Part shown: positions 58,816-64,000 of the stretch, one piece after another
Layout of the letters: each line of letters starts with the position of its first letter
Numbering within the stretch: position 1 is the first letter of the stretch
Origin: the human T2T-CHM13v2.0 reference genome, Homo sapiens
Reading direction: 5' to 3'
Length of the DNA: 64,000 nt
NCBI GenBank assembly: GCA_009914755.4
Contig: CP086569.2
Location: 50,848,001-50,912,000, forward strand
Notes under the pieces: generated by a model
Databases searched by the model: none
The model's input: the letters and a program-made list of their open reading frames with translations, nothing else
Told to the model about the DNA's origin: nothing
Translations under genes and position numbers: made by a program

Positions 58816-61800
58816 TGGACTCCTTTGGAATGGTCTAGTATGCAATGCAATCGACTGGCAGGGAATCAAAAGGAATGTAATCGAATGGATTGGACTGGAA
58901 TGCAATGGACTCGAATATATTGGAAACGGAATGCAAAGGAATGGAATGGAATAGTATGGAATGGAATGGAAAGGAATGGAGTGGAATAAACTAGAGTGGA
59001 ATGGAATGGACTCAAAAGCAATGGACTGGAATGGAACTTTCTTGAATGGACTGGAATCAAACGGAATGCAATGCAATGCAATCAAGTGGCATGGAATAAA
59101 ATAGAATGAAAGAGAATCAAACGGAATTGAATCGAATGGAATCGAATGGATTGGAAAGGAATAGAATGGAATGGAATGGAATTGACTCAAATGGAATGGA
59201 CTAGAAAGGAATGGATTCGAATGGAAGGCAAAGGAATGGAATCTATTGGAATGGACTGTAATGGAATGGAATGGAAGGGATTGGAATGGACTCGAATGGA
59301 ATGGACTGCAATAGAAAGGATTCGAATGGAATGAAAAAAAATTGAATGGAATAGAACAGAATGGAATCCAATCGAATGAAATGGAATGGAATAGAAAGGA
59401 ATGGAATGAAATGGAATGGAAAGGATTCGAATGGAATGCATTCGAATGGAATGGAATCGAACGGAATGGAATAAAATGGAAGAAAACTGGCAAGAAATTG
59501 AATCGAAATGAATGGAGTGTTATGGAACGGACTCAAAAGGAATTGAATGTAATAGAATGGAGTGGAGTGGACTCGAATATAATGGACTGGAATGGAATGA
59601 AATCACATGGAATGGGAACGAATGGAATGGAATGGAAAGGAATGGAATTGAATGGAAAGGAATCGAATGGAAGGGAATGAAATTGAATCAACAGGAATGG
59701 AAGGGAGTAGAATAGACGGTAATGGAATGGACTCGAATAGAATGGACACGAATGCTCAAATTGAATGGACTCGAATGGAATGGAAACGAAAGGAATGTCA
59801 TCGAATGGAATTGAATCGATTGGAATGAAATCGCATAGAATGGAGTGGAATCAAATGGAATTGAATCGAAAGGAAAGGAAGCGAATGGACTGAAATGAAA
59901 TGGAATGGAATTGAATGGAAAGTAATGCAATGGAATAGAATGGAACGAAATTTCACGGAATGGAATCAAACTGAATGGAATCAAATCAATGGAATCAAAT
60001 CAAATGGAATGGAAAGGAATTGAATGGAGTAGATTGGATTGGATGGGATTGGAATGAAATGTACTGGAAAGGACTCGAATTTCATGAAACGGAATGGAAT
60101 GAATTGGAACAGAATGGACTCGAATGGAATGGAATGTCATGGAATGGCATCAAATGGAATGGCATCAAATGGAATGGAATCTAATGCAATGGAATGCTAT
60201 GGAATGGAATGGAATGCATTGGAATGGAATGTCCTCTAATGGAATGGATTCGAGTGGAATGGAATCGAATATAATGGAGTCGAATGAAATGGAATTTAAA
60301 GGAATGGGATCGAATACAATGGAATATACAGGAATGTAATGTAATGAACGCGAATGTAATTGACTGGAATGGAATGTACATGAATGCAATGTAATCGAAT
60401 GGAAAGTAATCCAATGGAATAGAATCTAATGCAATAAAATCGACTCAAATAGAGTAGAATGTAATGGAATGGAGTGCAGTGCAATGGAATGGAATGGAAT
60501 GGAATGCAATGGAATGGAATGGAATGGAATGGAATGGAATGGGATGGAATGGTGTGGAATGGATAGTAATATACTGGAGTGAAATGGACTGGAAAGGAAT
60601 GGACTCAAATTGAAAGGGCTCGAAAGGAATGGAGTCAAATGGAACGGTCTGGAATGGAATGAACACGAATGTAATGCAATCCAATAGAATGGAATCGAAT
60701 GGCATGGAATATAAAGAAATGGAATCGAAGAGAATGGAAACAAATGGAATGGAATTGAATGGAATGGAATTGAATGGAATGGGAACGAATGGAGTGAAAT
60801 TGTATGCAGTAGAAGAGAATAGAATGGAATGCAAGCGAAAGGAAAGGAATGGATTGGAATGGAATGGAATTCATTGGAATGGAAGGGAATGTAGTGTAAT
60901 GGACAGGCCTGGAATAAAGTGGAATGCTACGGTCTCGAATGGAATAAAAATGTATGGAATGGAATGCAATGAAACGGAATCGAATGTCATAGAATGTAAT
61001 GGAATGCAAAAAAATGGAATCCAAAATCATTGACTGGAAAGGCTGGGTGTCGAAAGGAATTGACTCCAATGGAATGGAATCGAATGCAATGGAAGTGAAT
61101 AGAATCGAACTAAATCGAATGGAATGGAATGGAATGCAATGGAATGGAATGTATTAGAATGTAATGAACATTAATGGAATGTACTCGAATGGATTCGAAT
61201 GGAATGGAATGTTCTGGAAGTGAATGGACTCCAATGGAATGGATTCGAAAGGAATGGAATCGGACGGAATGGAATCTAATGGAATGGAATTAAATGGAAA
61301 TGAATCAAATTGAATAGCACGGAATTGAATTGAATGGAATCGAATGCAATGGAATCTAATGAAACGGAAAGGAAAGGAATGGAATGGAATGGAATGGGCT
61401 GGAATGGAAAGGAATCGAAACGAATGGAATGGAATCGAACTGAAGAGACTGGAATGGAATGCACTGGAATGGAAGGGAGTGTAATGGAAGGTTCTCGAAA
61501 AAAATGGAATCGAATGGAATGGAATTGAATGGAACGGAATAGAGTCGAATGCAATTGAATGGAATGGAATGGACTAGAATGAAATGGAATCGAACCACAA
61601 GGAATGGACAGGAATAGAATGGTCTCGAATTGAATGGAATCGTATGGAATGGCATCAAACGGAATGGAATGGACAGCCACGGAATGGAATGCACTCGAAT
61701 GCAATGGAGTCGAAACTAATGGACTGGAATAGAATGGACTCGACTGGTACGGACTCCAATGGAATGGAATCGAATGGAAGGGAATCGAACGGAATGGACT

Positions 61801-62294
61801 CGAAGGGAAAAGACTGCAATGGAAAGGTCTCGAATGGAATGGAAATTAATGGAATGGAATGGAATCGAATGAAATGGAGTCAAAAGGAATGGAATCGAAT
61901 GGCAAGAAATCGAATGTAATGGAATCGCAAGGAATTGATGTGAACGGAACGGAATGGAATGGAATCCAAAGGAATGGAATAGAATGGAATGGAATCGAAT
62001 GGAAAGGACTCGAATGGAAATCACTCGAATAGAATGCAATTTAATAAAATAGGATCAAATGTAATGGAATGGAATGGAAAGGAATCGAAACGAAAGGAAT
62101 GGAGACAGATGGAATGGAATGGAACAGAGAGCAATGGTATAGAATGGAATGGAATCATCTGGAATGGAATTGAATGGAATGGAATAATATGAAATGGAAT
62201 GGAATGGAATGGAATGGAATGCCCTTGAATTAAATGGACTGGAATGGAATGGACTCGAACAGAGTGGAATGGAAAGTGTTGAGATAGAATGGAA
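58816..62294. repeat. DYZ1 higher-order unit D (3,479 bp, with small indels)
   Basis: The anchor recurs at 62,295. Relative to unit C there is a 15-bp deletion near 59,440, a 15-bp insertion ('ELNGM' repeat) near 60,760 and a deletion of about 70 bp near 61,120. Confidence 0.8.
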
Positions 62295-64000
62295 TGGACT
62301 CGTTTGGAATGGTCTAGTATGCAATGCAATCGACTGGCAGGGAATCAAAAGGAATGTAATCGAATGGATTGGACTGGAATGCAATGGACTCGAATATATT
62401 GGAAACGGAATGCAAAGGAATGGAATGGAATAGTATGGAATGGAATGGAAAGGAATGGAGTGGAATAGACTAGAGTAGAATGGAATGGACTTGAAAGCAA
62501 TGGACTGGAATGGAACTTTCTTGAATGGACTGGAATCAAACGGAATGGAATGCAATGCAATCATATGACATGTAATAAATTAGAATGAAAGAGAATCAAA
62601 TGGAATTGAATCGAATGGAATCGAATGGATTGGAAAGGAATAGAATGGATTGGAATGGAATTGACTCAAATGGAATGGACTAGAATGGAATGGATTCGAA
62701 TGGAAGGCAAAGGAATGGAATCTATTGGAATGGACTGTAATGGAATGGAATGGAAGGGATTGGAATGGACTCGAATGGAATGGACTGCAATAGAAAGGAT
62801 TAGAATGGAATGAAAAAGAATTGAATGGAATAGAACAGAATGGAATCAAATCGAATGAAATGGAATGGAATAGAAAGGAATGGAATGAAATGGAATGGAA
62901 AGGATTCGAATGGAATGCAATCGAATGGAATGGAATCGAACGGAATGGAATAAAATGGAAGAAAACTGGCAAGAAATGGAATCGAAATGAACGGAGTGTT
63001 ATGGAACAGACTCAAAAGGAATTGAATGTAATAGAATGGAGTGGAGTGGACTCGAATATAATGGACTGGAATGGAATGAAATCACATGGAATGGGAACGA
63101 ATGGAATGGAATGGAAAGGAATGGAATCGAATGGAAAGGAATCGAATGGAAGGGAATGAAATTGAATCAACAGGAATGGAAGGGAATAGAATAGACGGTA
63201 ATGGAATGGACTCGAATAGAATGGACACGAATGCTCAAATTGAATGGACTCGAATGGAATGGAAACGAAAGGAATGTCATCGAATGGAATTGAATCGATT
63301 GGAATGAAATCGCATAGAATGGAGTGGAATCAAATGGAATTGAATCGAAAGGAAAGGAAGCAAGTGGACTGAAATGAAATGGAATGGAATTGAATGGAAA
63401 GTAATGCAATGGAATAGAATGGAACGAAATTTCACGGAATGGAATCAAACTGAATGGAATGAAATCAATGGAATCAAATCAAATGGAATGGAAAGGAATT
63501 GAATGGAGTAGATTGGATTGGATGGGATTGGAATGAAATGTACTGGAAAGGACTCGAATTTCATGAAACGGAATGGAATGAATTGGAACGGAATGGACTC
63601 GAATGGAATGGAATGTCATGGAATGGCATCAAATGGAATGGCATCAAATGGAATGGAATCGAATGCAATGGAATGCTATGGAATGAATGGAATGCATTGG
63701 AATGGAATGTCCTCTAATGGAATGGATTCGAGTGGAATGGAATCGAATATAATGGAGTCGAATGAAATGGAATTGAAAGGAATGGGATCGAATACAATGG
63801 AATATACTGGAATGTAACGTAATGAACTCGAATGTAATTGACTGGAATGGAATGTACATGAATGGAATGTAATCGAATGGAAAGTAATCCAATGGAATAG
63901 AATCTAATGCAATAAAATCGACTCAAATAGAGTAGAATGTAATGGAATGGAGTGCAGTGCAATGGAATGGAATGGAATGGAATGCAATGGAATGGAATGG
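62295..64000. repeat. DYZ1 higher-order unit E (partial, runs off the window)
   Basis: It continues the higher-order repeat and is collinear with units B–D. Confidence 0.8.

Larger units (their letters stand above)
49653..64000. repeat. Satellite III (HSat3, (GGAAT)n on the plus strand) with a 3,544-bp higher-order repeat, consistent with DYZ1
   Basis: GGAAT and diverged pentamers (gaatg, caatg, cgaat) dominate. Long matching segments recur at 3,544-bp spacing; for example the ORF-track anchors 51427, 54971 and 58515, and 52254, 55798 and 59342. There is a single GGCC per unit at 53,813, 57,357 and 60,906. From memory this corresponds to the classical 3.4–3.56-kb HaeIII periodicity of DYZ1. 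Confidence 0.85.

Noticed and set aside
49703-63962. Many ORFs of 60–308 aa lie on both strands of the HSat3 region (MEWNGMEWN..., HSIPFHSIPF...), including a 308-aa ORF at 58567–59493.
   Set aside because: GGAAT/ATTCC pentamers read as Met-Glu-Trp-Asn-Gly or His-Ser-Ile-Pro-Phe in stop-free frames. Overlapping ORFs in all frames are a composition artefact and not genes.
49653-64000. The GGAAT tracts could be functional HSF1-binding satellite III stress-RNA loci.
   Set aside because: This is known mainly for 9q12 HSat3. Nothing in the sequence distinguishes a transcribed unit here, so it stays speculation.

Overview
This window is primate, almost certainly human, constitutive heterochromatin. 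It contains two satellite arrays and no supportable protein-coding gene, RNA gene, CRISPR array or operon. (1) Positions 1 to about 49,650 hold 20 complete and one truncated tandem copy of a ~2.42-kb macrosatellite unit. Each unit has a ~570-bp GC-normal 'unique' segment, a ~1.55-kb segment that is >90% A+T and low in complexity, and one ~300-bp Alu oriented on the minus strand. From memory, this architecture, and an in-silico HaeIII (GGCC) fragment of 2,139 bp, match the Y-chromosome DYZ2 / HSat1B repeat. (2) Positions about 49,653 to 64,000 hold (GGAAT)n-type satellite III (HSat3) with a 3,544-bp higher-order periodicity. Each full higher-order unit carries exactly one GGCC (for example at 53,813, 57,357 and 60,906). 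From memory, this matches the classical 3.4–3.56-kb HaeIII repeat DYZ1. The window is therefore best read as a DYZ2-to-DYZ1 block boundary from Yq12; an acrocentric short-arm HSat1B/HSat3 locus is the less likely alternative. Every ORF in the supplied track is an artefact of repeat identity or of low-complexity A+T or GGAAT frames. I find no evidence for a novel biological system. The interesting content is structural. The DYZ2 array is nested, with a hyper-homogeneous central block (several units identical by eye) flanked by older mosaic units and strongly diverged edge units. Shared variants recur at one-unit and two-unit (4.84-kb) registers, which points to unequal exchange or gene conversion. 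There is a sharp array junction with 2–3 bp of microhomology. The junction-proximal DYZ1 unit carries about 1.47 kb of deletions whose breakpoints lie inside pure GGAAT runs. All coordinates were read by eye from the printed sequence and should be treated as plus or minus a few bp.
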